A stretch of 64,000 nt of DNA from Ignavibacteria bacterium (GCA_014654705.1 JACVZY010000095.1:5045-69044), one strand, 5' to 3'; positions 20,291 through 29,624 are shown, counted from the stretch's first letter. Notes: generated by a model from the letters alone, not told the origin. Numbers and translations: made by a program.

Positions 20291-20377
20291 AGTGCGAATT
20301 ATTGAAGCCTTGTTGGTTAGTGCAGTATCGTGTGTTGTATCACTTGGGAGTGATGTGTGTTTGTTGTTGCTCGTTGG

Positions 20378-21187
20378 TCATTTGGAGCAATATTGCTGTA
20401 CAAAATTTTTCAAGGTTGAAAAGTATGTTTCGCCAAGTTTCCAACCCTCTAAGTGTCTGCCCAGATATTCTACTAAACGCCGCTTTGCTTCGTAGCCTTT
20501 GACGATTGATTTTGCCTCGTCTAAAGGAGTGAAAGTGTCAGTTTTGCCAGCAAAAACGATGATTGGAATCGTAATACCTTGTATTGTTTGCTCCAGCGAT
20601 TTGCCACTTGATGGATAACGCAGAGTTTTACCTTTTGCCGACCAGCGCTCTACCGTTTGCCGCACATTCGCAACGGGGCTGTCGGCGGCGATAAAATCAA
20701 GTGAAGGCTTGACTGACTGAAACGCTATAATTGTTCCCATCGAAAAGCCAAGAACGCCAATTTTATCTGTTGGGTAAAGAATTTTTACGCTGCCAATGAC
20801 GGATTGCAGGTCGGTTGTAAATTCATCATAATACAAAACTTCGCGTGATGTGCTGAAATCAGAACTTTCTCCAAACCCACGATAGTCAAAAGTCACGACG
20901 CGAAAACCATGTTTTCGCAGACCATCGGCGTAGGAGATAAAATAACTCATATTGCCCGCATCACCTCCGGCAAGAATTATGGTTGTACCGATTTTTGCTG
21001 CGTTTTGCGGTTCAAACGTCCATGTGTTAATAAGTGCTGCATCGGGCGTTTTTATGCCGCTTTCGCGGAATTCAATACCGTATTTATCGGGTTTTGCTTT
21101 ATACCCTCGTTCGGGATTGACCGCAAATAGTGGCAGAAGTATTACTACCAACAATAAACCAGCTATCGTTGTTGTGCGAATAAGCAT
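20378..21187 (-). CDS. Alpha/beta hydrolase, secreted
   Basis: It has a TM/signal segment followed by a GFSMG nucleophile elbow (GxSxG). The start was chosen at MLIRTTT (21187); the ORF runs to 21325. Confidence 0.65.
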   Translation of the reverse strand: MLIRTTTIAGLLLVVILLPLFAVNPERGYKAKPDKYGIEFRESGIKTPDAALINTWTFEPQNAAKIGTTIILAGGDAGNMSYFISYADGLRKHGFRVVTFDYRGFGESSDFSTSREVLYYDEFTTDLQSVIGSVKILYPTDKIGVLGFSMGTIIAFQSVKPSLDFIAADSPVANVRQTVERWSAKGKTLRYPSSGKSLEQTIQGITIPIIVFAGKTDTFTPLDEAKSIVKGYEAKRRLVEYLGRHLEGWKLGETYFSTLKNFVQQYCSK

Positions 21188-21303
21188 TGATACAGCGATT
21201 GAGCAATGGATGGACAAATGTAAAGAATTAGCCCCGCAATATACCAAATAAATCGAATTTTCATTCGTTAGAACAGATGAGAAAGAGAAATCTTGTTGGC
21301 GGT

Positions 21304-21329
21304 AAAAATGTGTTGCACCACACATTTTT
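21304..21329. promoter_or_regulatory. Perfect 10-bp inverted repeat AAAAATGTGT-N6-ACACATTTTT, 19 bp upstream of the marR-family gene. It is a candidate MarR operator.
   Basis: Read directly from the sequence. It is dyad-symmetric and lies in the divergent intergenic region between the hydrolase gene and the MarR gene. Confidence 0.4.
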
Positions 21330-21347
21330 TTGTCATAAATTTGCGAT

Positions 21348-21839
21348 ATGAATACAACACTTCAAGAGCAACTGCGTTCCTCATCGCAGACAGAAAATAT
21401 TACTGTCGAGGCGATTGTAAATTTGTTTGTTGCAACCGATTACCTGCGCCAGCGCTTCGATAAAGTGTGTGCAGAAAACGGTATTACGCACACGCAATAC
21501 AATATTTTGCGTATTTTGAAAGGTGCATATCCGGGCGGGCACCCCCGCTGCGAAATTATGGTGCGAATGATAGAGCGTGCGCCTGATACTACGCGACTTC
21601 TCGACCGACTGGAGCAACAAGGCTTGGTAGAGCGCATACGTTCTGAGCATGATAAGCGGCTTTCGATTGCGCGCATCACGCCGAAAGGTTTGGACTTGCT
21701 GAATAATGCAGCCCCTCGCTTTAATGCGGTGTGGGACGAAATTTCTTGTAAGGTAAGCCGTGCTGAAAGTATGATGCTTGCTGAAATTTGCGAAAAACTT
21801 TCCGATGGCAACTGCAAGGAACTTCGGATTGATATGTGA
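21348..21839 (+). CDS. MarR-family transcriptional regulator
   Basis: The winged-HTH core reads THTQYNILRIL...LLDRLEQQGLVERIRSEHDKRLSIARITPKG. Confidence 0.8.
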   Translation: MNTTLQEQLRSSSQTENITVEAIVNLFVATDYLRQRFDKVCAENGITHTQYNILRILKGAYPGGHPRCEIMVRMIERAPDTTRLLDRLEQQGLVERIRSEHDKRLSIARITPKGLDLLNNAAPRFNAVWDEISCKVSRAESMMLAEICEKLSDGNCKELRIDM

Positions 21840-21994
21840 TATCTTACCCGCGCAGTTCCTTAGCGAAGAAGTACTTTCGCATTGGTCTGGTAGGGTATAT
21901 CTCTAGTTTGTGTTGCAACATATTTTTTATTTTTTCGTCTGTACCTCAATATCAACGACAGTAAACATCTAAATTTAATAAAAAGGAAATACCA

Positions 21995-22303
21995 ATGAAA
22001 TCGTATATGGTTAATATCGCGCTTGGAGACTTTAGCGAGGAATTTATGAAACTTATTCCTCTACAGCGTGCGCAAGTGAATATCCTTATGCAGAGCAACC
22101 GCCTTGTCAGTTATGCGGTGTCGAGTGATAGAAAAACGCTTTGGATGACGATTAATGCTGAAAACGAGCATGAAGTTGAAAGTCTTGTGACAGCAATGCC
22201 GCTCCACAAGTATATGCGCATTGAAGAAACCCGTGAACTCATGTTCCACGAGCGAGCCGTTCCACAGCAAAGTCTTGGTATGCCTTCGTTCTCGCTGAAC
22301 TAA
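21995..22303 (+). CDS. Muconolactone delta-isomerase-family small protein
   Basis: At 102 aa, ...LVTAMPLHKYMRIEETRELMFHE aligns with CatC ...LMQLPLFPYMDIEVDGLCRHP. The length matches the MLI fold. Confidence 0.5.
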   Translation: MKSYMVNIALGDFSEEFMKLIPLQRAQVNILMQSNRLVSYAVSSDRKTLWMTINAENEHEVESLVTAMPLHKYMRIEETRELMFHERAVPQQSLGMPSFSLN

Positions 22304-22367
22304 CGGTTTCTAGGCACACTCCCGCACCAACTCATTATTTTGACAAACACACCGAAAAGACTGGACA

Positions 22368-22574
22368 ATGGCAACACAAATCACAATAAAAAATAACGGC
22401 TCCATCAGAGTCGAAGGCGAGTTTGAGTTATTCGATGGCGCCGGCAATAAATTCGATTTACAGGGCAAGCCTGCCATCTCACTTTGTCGCTGCGGAGAAA
22501 GTGCGAATAAGCCTTTCTGCGACGGTGCGCATAAAAACTGTGGCTTCGCTTCGGAAGTTCTGGCTACCGTGTAA
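22368..22574 (+). CDS. CDGSH-type iron-sulfur domain protein
   Basis: CRCGESANKPFCDGAHK is the C-x-C-x2-(S/T)-x3-P-x-C-D-G-(S/A/T)-H signature. Confidence 0.75.
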   Translation: MATQITIKNNGSIRVEGEFELFDGAGNKFDLQGKPAISLCRCGESANKPFCDGAHKNCGFASEVLATV

Positions 22575-22601
22575 GTAAAAGCATGATAATTCAGTAAGAG
22601 C

Positions 22602-23096
22602 ATGATAATTTCTATGATAGCCGCCGTTGCCCGTAACTACACCATTGGAGCGGGCAATAGCCTACCGTGGGAAATGCCAACCGATATGCACTTTTTTATG
22701 AAGACCACTCGCGGTCATCATGTTATCATGGGGCGCAAGTCATTTGAAGACATCGGTAAGCCGCTTCAAGGGCGTACAAACATTGTCGTTACGCGCCAGG
22801 CGTCATATCAAGCTAACGGTGTTTGTATTGCTCATAGCCTCGATGAAGCGCTGGCTCTTGCTCGCCAGAATGGTGAAACAGAGGTCTTTATCATTGGTGG
22901 TGAGAATTTATTCACCGAAGGCTTACAGAAAGCAGATAAAATCTACCTTACGTGGATACACGCCGACTTTGAAGGCGATACGCATTTCCCGCGTTTTGAC
23001 CCGAAACAATGGCATGAGATTGAGCGCACTGATTGTGCGTCCGATGCTGAAAACCCTTATCCGTACTCGTTTACGACTCTTGCGAAAGCGCATTGA
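22602..23096 (+). CDS. folA: Dihydrofolate reductase
   Basis: MIISMIAAVARNYTIGAGNSLPWEMPTDMHFFMKTT... ends in the GGxxLF/ IGG-type motif FIIGGENLF. Confidence 0.85.
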   Translation: MIISMIAAVARNYTIGAGNSLPWEMPTDMHFFMKTTRGHHVIMGRKSFEDIGKPLQGRTNIVVTRQASYQANGVCIAHSLDEALALARQNGETEVFIIGGENLFTEGLQKADKIYLTWIHADFEGDTHFPRFDPKQWHEIERTDCASDAENPYPYSFTTLAKAH

Positions 23097-23172
23097 GCGC
23101 TGAGCCTGAAGAACCCTTCCGCACTTCTTCGCACCTCTCCTCTTTTTTTATCACCCTCAATTCCTTTGGGTT

Positions 23173-24183
23173 ATGGATGCTTACTCACAAATCATTACCT
23201 CGGCTCTAGAGCGAGCATCTAAGGGCGTGGTGAAAATTGATATTCTCACGCGGCAGAATGGTAAAATGTCGCAAGGCGGCACGGGCTCAGGCTTTATTTT
23301 CTCGTCTGACGGTTACGTACTGACCAATAGCCATGTTGTGCAGCGTGCTGACAAGATTATGCTCACGCTTCACGATGGTGCAGAGGAAGAAGCGAGCATC
23401 ATTGGCGATGACCCAGATACAGATTTAGCGCTCCTCAAGACATATGCACGTGATTATTCGCCTGTGACGTTGGGGGACTCGGAATCTCTCAAAATCGGGC
23501 AACTTGCCATTGCAATTGGCAATCCACTTGGATTCCAATATACCGTTACATCCGGTATCATTTCTTCATTGGGGCGCAGTATGCGAGCATATACGGGGCG
23601 GCTTATTGATAATGTTATCCAAACCGATGCAGCGCTTAATCCGGGCAACTCCGGTGGTCCTATGATTGATGGCTCGGGTTCGGTTATTGGCGTGAACACG
23701 GCTATTATTCAGGGTGCTCAGAATTTATCCTTCGCCGTGAGCATCAATACTGCCAAGCACGTTATTCCGCAGCTTATCAAGGATGGTAAAGTCAGGCGTG
23801 CCTATGTTGGTATTGGCACACAGCAAGTGGAATTGCATAAGCGTCTCATTCAATTTCACAATCTTTCCCATCGTCGGGCGCTGTATGTGCTGACAATTGA
23901 GCCGAAAAGCCCTGCGGCGGAGTCGGGCTTGCAGCAAGGCGATATCTTGATTTCCTTTAATAGTCACCCTATTGAAAGCGCAGATGACCTTTTTGCGCGG
24001 CTTACGGCGGACACAATTGATAGCGTTCAGTACCTGAGCATCCTACGGGACAAAAAGCGTAAGGTCATTGAAATATATCCTGCCGAAATCCTGCAAACAG
24101 CCGAAATGCGCAAGGCTATTCGCAAATCTGCCAGCCCAACCTTTCGTAATCGTGCAATGAATAATCGCTCTGCTGCATCGTAG
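23173..24183 (+). CDS. HtrA/DegP-family trypsin-like serine protease with one PDZ domain
   Basis: The catalytic triad context reads TNSHVV ... D ... GNSGGP. The PDZ domain is C-terminal. There is no obvious signal peptide. Confidence 0.8.
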   Translation: MDAYSQIITSALERASKGVVKIDILTRQNGKMSQGGTGSGFIFSSDGYVLTNSHVVQRADKIMLTLHDGAEEEASIIGDDPDTDLALLKTYARDYSPVTLGDSESLKIGQLAIAIGNPLGFQYTVTSGIISSLGRSMRAYTGRLIDNVIQTDAALNPGNSGGPMIDGSGSVIGVNTAIIQGAQNLSFAVSINTAKHVIPQLIKDGKVRRAYVGIGTQQVELHKRLIQFHNLSHRRALYVLTIEPKSPAAESGLQQGDILISFNSHPIESADDLFARLTADTIDSVQYLSILRDKKRKVIEIYPAEILQTAEMRKAIRKSASPTFRNRAMNNRSAAS

Positions 24184-24422
24184 TCTTTTGCAAAGCGGAG
24201 TTCTGCAAAATATTGGTTTGGTCAAAATGTATATGTGCAAAGAAATAAGCACATAATGAACTCCCACGCCGCTTGGGGCGAATTTGAATGTACCTAAAGA
24301 AAACTCTACGCAAAAAAATATTTTGGACTTTTCAGAAAAGTGTTCTATTTTTGTAGGCTATTACATTTACGCTGCTACTGCTCTTTTCCAATAGACATTT
24401 TCGGCTGACAATTTTACGTTTT

Positions 24423-24505
24423 GGGTAGGTACCAGAGTGGCCAAATGGGGCAGACTGTAAATCTGCTGGCTTACGCCTTCGGAGGTTCGACTCCTTCCCT
24501 ACCCA
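24423..24505 (+). tRNA. tRNA-Tyr (GTA), class II with a long variable arm
   Basis: The acceptor stem is GGGTAGG/CCTACCC. The anticodon loop is CTGTAAA. The T-arm is GGTTCGACTCC. It aligns well with E. coli tRNA-Tyr. Confidence 0.85.
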
Positions 24506-24559
24506 CAGATGACAGCACTTCTGCTGTCGGCGCGAAAAATGTAATACCACGAGGCGATT

Positions 24560-24632
24560 GCGGGAGTAACTCAGTTGGTAGAGTCACAGCCTTCCAAGCT
24601 GTTGGTCGCGGGTTCGAGTCCCGTCTCCCGCT
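24560..24632 (+). tRNA. tRNA-Gly (TCC)
   Basis: The acceptor stem is GCGGGAG/CTCCCGC. The anticodon stem ACAGC/GCTGT has the loop CTTCCAA. Confidence 0.85.
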
Positions 24633-24677
24633 CACGTTCATTTTCGCTCGTTCATCTTCCACACTCTTGGCAGCAAT

Positions 24678-24749
24678 GCGGGAATAACTCAGTGGTAGAG
24701 TCGCAGCTTCCCAAGCTGAAGGTCGCGGGTTCAAATCCCGTTTCCCGCT
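24678..24749 (+). tRNA. tRNA-Gly (CCC)
   Basis: The acceptor stem is GCGGGAA/TTCCCGC. The anticodon loop is TTCCCAA. There is a G27-A43 mismatch at the top of the anticodon stem. Confidence 0.8.
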
Positions 24750-24806
24750 CAAAATTGAGACTGCGGAATAGTTCGGTTGCGAATGAAAGACTTGGAAAAC
24801 TATAAC

Positions 24807-24879
24807 GCTGATGTAGCTCAGATGGTAGAGCACATCCTTGGTAAGGATGAGGTCGGCAGTTCAATCCTGCTCATCAGCT
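24807..24879 (+). tRNA. tRNA-Thr (GGT), with CCA encoded
   Basis: The acceptor stem is GCTGATG/CATCAGC. The anticodon stem ATCCT/GGATG has the loop TTGGTAA. It is followed by CCA at 24880-24882. Confidence 0.85.
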
Positions 24880-24975
24880 CCATGCAGTCTTTCTTACAGG
24901 TAAGCACAGGCAGAAACGTCTGTGCTGCTTTGTCATTAGGACAGCAGAACGTTCTTTCGGATAGTCAGCATATAC

Positions 24976-25048
24976 ACGGGCGTAGCTCAACTGGTAGAGT
25001 GGCGGTCTCCAAAACCGTAGGTTGCGGGTTCGATTCCTGCCGCCCGTG
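24976..25048 (+). tRNA. tRNA-Trp (CCA)
   Basis: The acceptor stem is ACGGGCG/CGCCCGT, with A1-U72 and discriminator G as in E. coli tRNA-Trp. The anticodon loop is CTCCAAA. It sits in the canonical position upstream of secE. Confidence 0.85.
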
Positions 25049-25081
25049 CAAACAATTTTATCACTTCGTTTGACATTTGCT

Positions 25082-25264
25082 ATGATTGAAAGCATCAAAA
25101 AATTCGTTGAAGATGTTCGCAAAGAAATGAACAAAGTCGCTTGGCCCACGCGCGAGCAGCTTCGTGAAGCGACAACCGTTGTCATCGTAACGTGTCTTGT
25201 GGTTGCCGTTGCTGTTTATCTCGTGGACACGCTCATGACGCTTGGGATGGGTAGCCTTTTCTAG
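25082..25264 (+). CDS. secE: Preprotein translocase subunit SecE
   Basis: At 60 aa, MIESIKKFVEDVRKEMNKVAWPTREQL is followed by a single TM. It sits in the conserved position before nusG. Confidence 0.85.
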   Translation: MIESIKKFVEDVRKEMNKVAWPTREQLREATTVVIVTCLVVAVAVYLVDTLMTLGMGSLF

Positions 25265-25384
25265 GGAAATTTTAGGGACTTCTACAATAAATTTCCCAAA
25301 AATCTTCACCCCTCCCCTGTGTCGATACTCTTCGGTTAACCAACTGTCTTTGTTTTATCTTTATTCTTAAGGCGCACAAGAGCA

Positions 25385-25924
25385 ATGGGCAACGAACTGA
25401 AATGGTACGCATTGCGCACGTTCTCCGGTCACGAAGAGCGTGTTCGTAAGGCGCTTTTGGCTGAGATTAACCGCCTTCAAATTCAAGACCGCTTCACCGA
25501 GATTTTAGTGCCTCAAGAGTCTGTCTATGAGAATCGGAATGGCAAAAAATATAAGCGGACACGAAATTTTCTTCCAGGCTATATCATTATCAAAGCCGTA
25601 TTAGACAATCGCGTCAAAGACGTGATTTCTAATACACCGTCTATGCTGGGTTTTCTCGGCACGAAGCCCGAGCCTGATCCACTCCGTGACGATGAGGTTG
25701 ACCGCATCTTGGGACGTGTAGAAGAGCGTAAAAATATTGCCGTAGCAGAAACACATTTCGCTGAGGGCGACCCCGTAAAAGTAATTGCCGGACCATTTAC
25801 CGGTTTTTCTGGGACGGTCAAGGAAGTGAATAACGAAAAGCAGAAACTCAAAGTAGAGGTCGGCATCTTGGGACGCAAAACACCCGTAGAATTGGACTTT
25901 AGCCAGATTGAAATTGAAGCATAA
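25385..25924 (+). CDS. nusG: Transcription termination/antitermination factor NusG
   Basis: An NGN domain (WYALRTFSGHEERV) is followed by a C-terminal KOW domain (GDPVKVIAGPFTGFSGTVKEV). Confidence 0.9.
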   Translation: MGNELKWYALRTFSGHEERVRKALLAEINRLQIQDRFTEILVPQESVYENRNGKKYKRTRNFLPGYIIIKAVLDNRVKDVISNTPSMLGFLGTKPEPDPLRDDEVDRILGRVEERKNIAVAETHFAEGDPVKVIAGPFTGFSGTVKEVNNEKQKLKVEVGILGRKTPVELDFSQIEIEA

Positions 25925-25969
25925 ATACCATAAAACATCAATATCTCACTTTTTCACTAGGTATCAGCA

Positions 25970-26395
25970 ATGGCAAAAAAAGTAGCAGGCGCATTTAAGC
26001 TGCAACTTCCCGGCGGTCAAGCAACAATGGCTCCGCCAGTTGGTCCCGCCTTCGGTCAGCGCGGTCTAAGCGGTATGGAATTCGTTAAACAATTCAATGC
26101 AAAGACCCAAAAACAAGCCGGTCAAGTTATTCCGGCAGTTATTACATTTTACAGCGATAAGACGTTCACCTTTGAACTCAAGTCGCCACCGGCTGCTGAA
26201 CTTATCAAAGCTGCTATCAAACTACCTAAAGGCTCAGCAGAACCGAACCGCAATAAAGTTGGTTCTATGACGATGAAACAGGTAGAAGAGGTTGCGAAAC
26301 TCAAAATGGCTGACCTTAACTGCGATAGCATCGAATCTGCAATGCAAATGATTATTGGCACTGCGAAAAGTCTCGGTGTTACCGTTGACGGCTAA
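25970..26395 (+). CDS. rplK: 50S ribosomal protein L11
   Basis: MAKKVAGAFKLQLPGGQATMAPPVGPAFGQRGLSGMEFVKQFNAKT. Confidence 0.95.
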   Translation: MAKKVAGAFKLQLPGGQATMAPPVGPAFGQRGLSGMEFVKQFNAKTQKQAGQVIPAVITFYSDKTFTFELKSPPAAELIKAAIKLPKGSAEPNRNKVGSMTMKQVEEVAKLKMADLNCDSIESAMQMIIGTAKSLGVTVDG

Positions 26396-26545
26396 GCAGC
26401 ACACCCAATGTTGAGTGGTTCGCTCTGCATTGTATTGTTAAAAGTATTGCAAACACTCGCCTTTGTATCTGAAAATTTAACGCGGAAGGGCAGTCAGAAC
26501 GCCCGTTTGTACCGCATTTATACACCTTGTTTCTGACGTTACACT
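26396..26545 (+). promoter_or_regulatory. rplK-rplA intergenic leader. This is the expected location of an L1-binding autoregulatory mRNA structure.
   Basis: This is a positional inference only. The 150-nt spacer is unusually long for an operon junction. No motif was verified. Confidence 0.25.
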
Positions 26546-27250
26546 ATGAAACGCCACAGTAAACGCTTTAATGCTGCGTTCAAAAGCATTACCCCTGATA
26601 AAGAATATACCATTGCCGAAGCAATCGCTCTTGTAAAGAAAAACGCAACAGCAAAATTCGATGAATCGTTCGATATTGCTATGCAGCTGGGCGTTGACCC
26701 CCGCAAAGCAGACCAAGTAGTGCGCGGTACAGTGGCACTGCCACACGGTACAGGGAAAACAGTTCGCGTACTTGTTATCGCTAAATCTCCTCTTGATAAA
26801 GAAGCTCTCGCTGCAGGTGCTGATTACGCCGGCTTTGAAGATTATCTCGAGAAAATTCAAGGTGGTTGGACAGATACCGATATTATCATCGCTACACCGG
26901 ACGTGATGGGGCAGCTCGGGCGTTTGGGTAAAATCCTTGGTCCGCGTGGTCTTATGCCAAACCCCAAAAGCGGCACCGTTACCACAGACGTTGCGAAGGC
27001 AGTTCGTGAAGTGAAAGCCGGTAAAATTGAATTCCGTGTTGATAAAGCCGGAAATATTCATGCGGGCATTGGTAAAGCATCCTTCGACCCCGCTAAACTT
27101 GAAGATAACTTCCGTACCTTCTACGCAAGCATCATTCGCGCAAAACCCTCAACCGCAAAAGGCAAGTATGTGAAAAGCGTACACCTTTCTTCCACGATGG
27201 GTCCAGGCGTTGCTATCTCCGAAACCGAACTCTTGGCTATTCAAGGGTAA
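26546..27250 (+). CDS. rplA: 50S ribosomal protein L1
   Basis: The protein is 234 aa and contains ...[22 protein letters not shown]... Confidence 0.95.
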   Translation: MKRHSKRFNAAFKSITPDKEYTIAEAIALVKKNATAKFDESFDIAMQLGVDPRKADQVVRGTVALPHGTGKTVRVLVIAKSPLDKEALAAGADYAGFEDYLEKIQGGWTDTDIIIATPDVMGQLGRLGKILGPRGLMPNPKSGTVTTDVAKAVREVKAGKIEFRVDKAGNIHAGIGKASFDPAKLEDNFRTFYASIIRAKPSTAKGKYVKSVHLSSTMGPGVAISETELLAIQG

Positions 27251-27406
27251 TTCGTTCTTGCTGATGTGAGTGCGCCTGTTCCAAACGGGTATTCCATTAG
27301 CGATACAGAATTTTTAATTTGCTTACGCACTCGTGATGAACGCTGTAACGGACATCACAACTCTTATCTCATATTTCGACCACGCATTTTTAATCCATAA
27401 TTCAGC
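27251..27406 (+). promoter_or_regulatory. rplA-rplJ intergenic leader. This is the expected location of an L10(L12)4 autoregulatory leader.
   Basis: This is a positional inference from the conserved rplJL operon architecture. The structure was not verified. Confidence 0.3.
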
Positions 27407-27931
27407 ATGGTTACCAAAGAGAAAAAACGCGAGATTGTTGCCGGACTTGTCCGCCAACTCGAAAACACAAAGTCCTTGTACCTTGTGAATCCGGGTGGTA
27501 TGACCGTAGCGCAATCTGGCGAACTCCGTCGGGAATTCCGCAAAGTCAATGCTGAAATGAAATTGGCAAAAAATACGCTTATCCGCCTTGCTCTCAAAGA
27601 AGACGGAAAATTCACCGTTTCCGATACAGCCCTCAAGGGCAATACGGCAATTGTGTTTGCGTATGATGACCCTATTGCTCCGGCAAAAGTCATTCGGAAG
27701 TATTTCGAGAAAGACAAACGCCCGGAACTCAAAATTGCTATCATCGAAGGTCAATCCTTTGATGGCTCGCAATTGAAAACTGTGTCCGAACTTCCGACAC
27801 GTGAGGATATGATTGCAGGTATCGTCGGCAGTATCCATGCCCCGATATCCGGTATCGTAGGTGCTATCAACGCCGTTATGCGTGATGTAGCATCCCTCGT
27901 TGAAGAAGTTGCAAAAAAGCAGGGAAAATAA
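27407..27931 (+). CDS. rplJ: 50S ribosomal protein L10
   Basis: The protein is 174 aa and begins MVTKEKKREIVAGLVRQLENTKSLYLVNPGGMTVAQ. Confidence 0.95.
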   Translation: MVTKEKKREIVAGLVRQLENTKSLYLVNPGGMTVAQSGELRREFRKVNAEMKLAKNTLIRLALKEDGKFTVSDTALKGNTAIVFAYDDPIAPAKVIRKYFEKDKRPELKIAIIEGQSFDGSQLKTVSELPTREDMIAGIVGSIHAPISGIVGAINAVMRDVASLVEEVAKKQGK

Positions 27932-28069
27932 TACGTGCTTTTTTTGGCGCTGACAATTTCATTTTCACTCTTGACATAAGCGCGGTCTAACCGCTTACAA
28001 CTTGTTCTGCTAAAAAGCGGGGCATTTATTACGAACAAAACATTTTTCATTTTTTTGGAGTTATTAGCA

Positions 28070-28450
28070 ATGTCTGACAAAGTAGCAAAACTCGTAGAAG
28101 ATATTAGCAGCCTTTCCCTTATGGAAGCTGCTGACCTTAAAAAAGCTCTTGAAGATAAATTCGGCGTAACAGCTGCTGCTCCCATGATGATGGGCGCAAT
28201 GCCGGCTGCTGCCGGTGCTGCTGTTGCCGCAGAAGAAAAAACCGAATTTGACGTTGAGCTTACCGATGGTGGCGCAAGCAAATTGAACGTTATCAAAGTT
28301 GTCCGTGAACTCACGGGTCTTGGCTTGAAAGAAGCAAAAGACTTGGTTGACGGTGCACCGAAAGTCGTTAAAGAAGCTGCAACCAAAGAAGAAGCAGACA
28401 GCATGAAAAAGAAACTCGAAGAAGCAGGCGCAAAAGTTACTCTCAAGTAA
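28070..28450 (+). CDS. rplL: 50S ribosomal protein L7/L12
   Basis: [33 protein letters not shown] ... [27 protein letters not shown] Shine-Dalgarno sits 10 nt upstream. The listed ORF starts at an upstream TTG. Confidence 0.95.
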   Translation: MSDKVAKLVEDISSLSLMEAADLKKALEDKFGVTAAAPMMMGAMPAAAGAAVAAEEKTEFDVELTDGGASKLNVIKVVRELTGLGLKEAKDLVDGAPKVVKEAATKEEADSMKKKLEEAGAKVTLK

Positions 28451-28479
28451 TTTGTCTGTTCTCATTCGAGAGCAATACT

Positions 28480-28517
28480 TCAAGGGCAATCGCATCAAGC
28501 GGTTGCCCTTGTTTTTT
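28480..28517 (+). terminator. Strong rho-independent terminator immediately after rplL
   Basis: CAAGGGCAA-tcgcatcaagcgg-TTGCCCTTG is followed by TTTTTTG. rpoB does not follow. Confidence 0.7.
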
Positions 28518-28538
28518 GTTGATGGAAAAATGCTCGTC

Positions 28539-29537
28539 TTACACAATAAAGCATTCGCCAATACGATTAAGAGCAATTTTGCTTTCATGCCGGTGCGCTG
28601 CTCCGAATAAGCGCTGGAGAGGCTCGTGCGGCTCTTCATCGCTTTGGTCGAAGGTGGAGCAGTGCATCGGGATGAAGTACTCTGCTCGCATTTCGCTTGC
28701 CATTTGGAGCGCTTGCTCTGGCGTGCAGTGGAGCGATTCGTAGCCGTGATATGCACCAATGGGCATAATTGCTACATCAACACCTTCATTCCGAAGCGAA
28801 GAAAAATGGGGTGTATAAGCAGTATCACCACCAAATACTACCGTTTTCCCACCGCCTGCAAGCAAATATCCGTTGTAGCTCCGCCCCGAATCCGTGTATC
28901 CTCCCGCTCTATCGCGCTCCCATGGCAAACGCCAGCCGTTGTGGCGGGTTTCAAGCCCGCATATTTTTATCCCCTCCAGCCAAAGTTCTTCTTCCCAATC
29001 CAATTCGGTAATGGACTTCCACGCCAAATTATCCAGTACATCGCGGGTATTTTTTGCCGTGACGATATGAATTTCTTCAGAGTAGCGTGAGGCAAAACGC
29101 CGCAGTGTTGGTACGTCTGTATGGTCAAGGTGTGCGTGGGAAAGCAAGATAATATCAGGTCTGGGTAAATCTTCAAGTGCTCGGGCAGGCTTTGTGTAAC
29201 GCTCTATACCAATAATTTTCCCGCAAATATCTATCCCGACGCGCTCCGAGAGCACAGGATCAGTCAATACCCATTTGCCCGCGATGTTGAGAAGCATGGT
29301 TGCATGACCAATCCATTCTATACTTATTGATGGCGATGCTAGAGCTGAAGAAGGGGAAAGAGGCGGGAGTGAGGGAAATGGTGGTGGCAGAAATGAGGGC
29401 ACAGTCGTATTGCTGCGTAGATCGAGACGTGGTGTTCGGGTAGGCTTTCGTCGCCGTGCAGGACGCAGTGCATCAAGCGTGGCGGTCATTGCTGTCCGTA
29501 CTAATTCATGCCGGGAAATGGGTTGCGCTTGGAACAT
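28539..29537 (-). CDS. MBL-fold metallo-hydrolase with an odd Pro/Ser-rich N-terminal extension
   Basis: The HxHxDH motif (LSHAHLDHTD) and downstream His/Asp ligands are present. The first roughly 70 aa (...PSFLPPPFPSLPPLSPSSALASPS...) are low-complexity and lie next to the IS remnant. The true start is probably internal. Confidence 0.65.
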   Translation of the reverse strand: MFQAQPISRHELVRTAMTATLDALRPARRRKPTRTPRLDLRSNTTVPSFLPPPFPSLPPLSPSSALASPSISIEWIGHATMLLNIAGKWVLTDPVLSERVGIDICGKIIGIERYTKPARALEDLPRPDIILLSHAHLDHTDVPTLRRFASRYSEEIHIVTAKNTRDVLDNLAWKSITELDWEEELWLEGIKICGLETRHNGWRLPWERDRAGGYTDSGRSYNGYLLAGGGKTVVFGGDTAYTPHFSSLRNEGVDVAIMPIGAYHGYESLHCTPEQALQMASEMRAEYFIPMHCSTFDQSDEEPHEPLQRLFGAAHRHESKIALNRIGECFIV

Positions 29538-29624
29538 AGTCTTATTGCGTTATGGAACAAATCGTTTTTGCGAATACTGCTTGGTGAATTTTCGCTGCAA
29601 TAATACACGTTTTTGGGTGAAAAA

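Noticed and set aside
24332-25185. Multiple 70-120-aa ORFs on both strands across the tRNA cluster
   Set aside because: They are fully explained by five tRNA genes. The ORFs are artefacts of stop-codon-poor structured RNA sequence.
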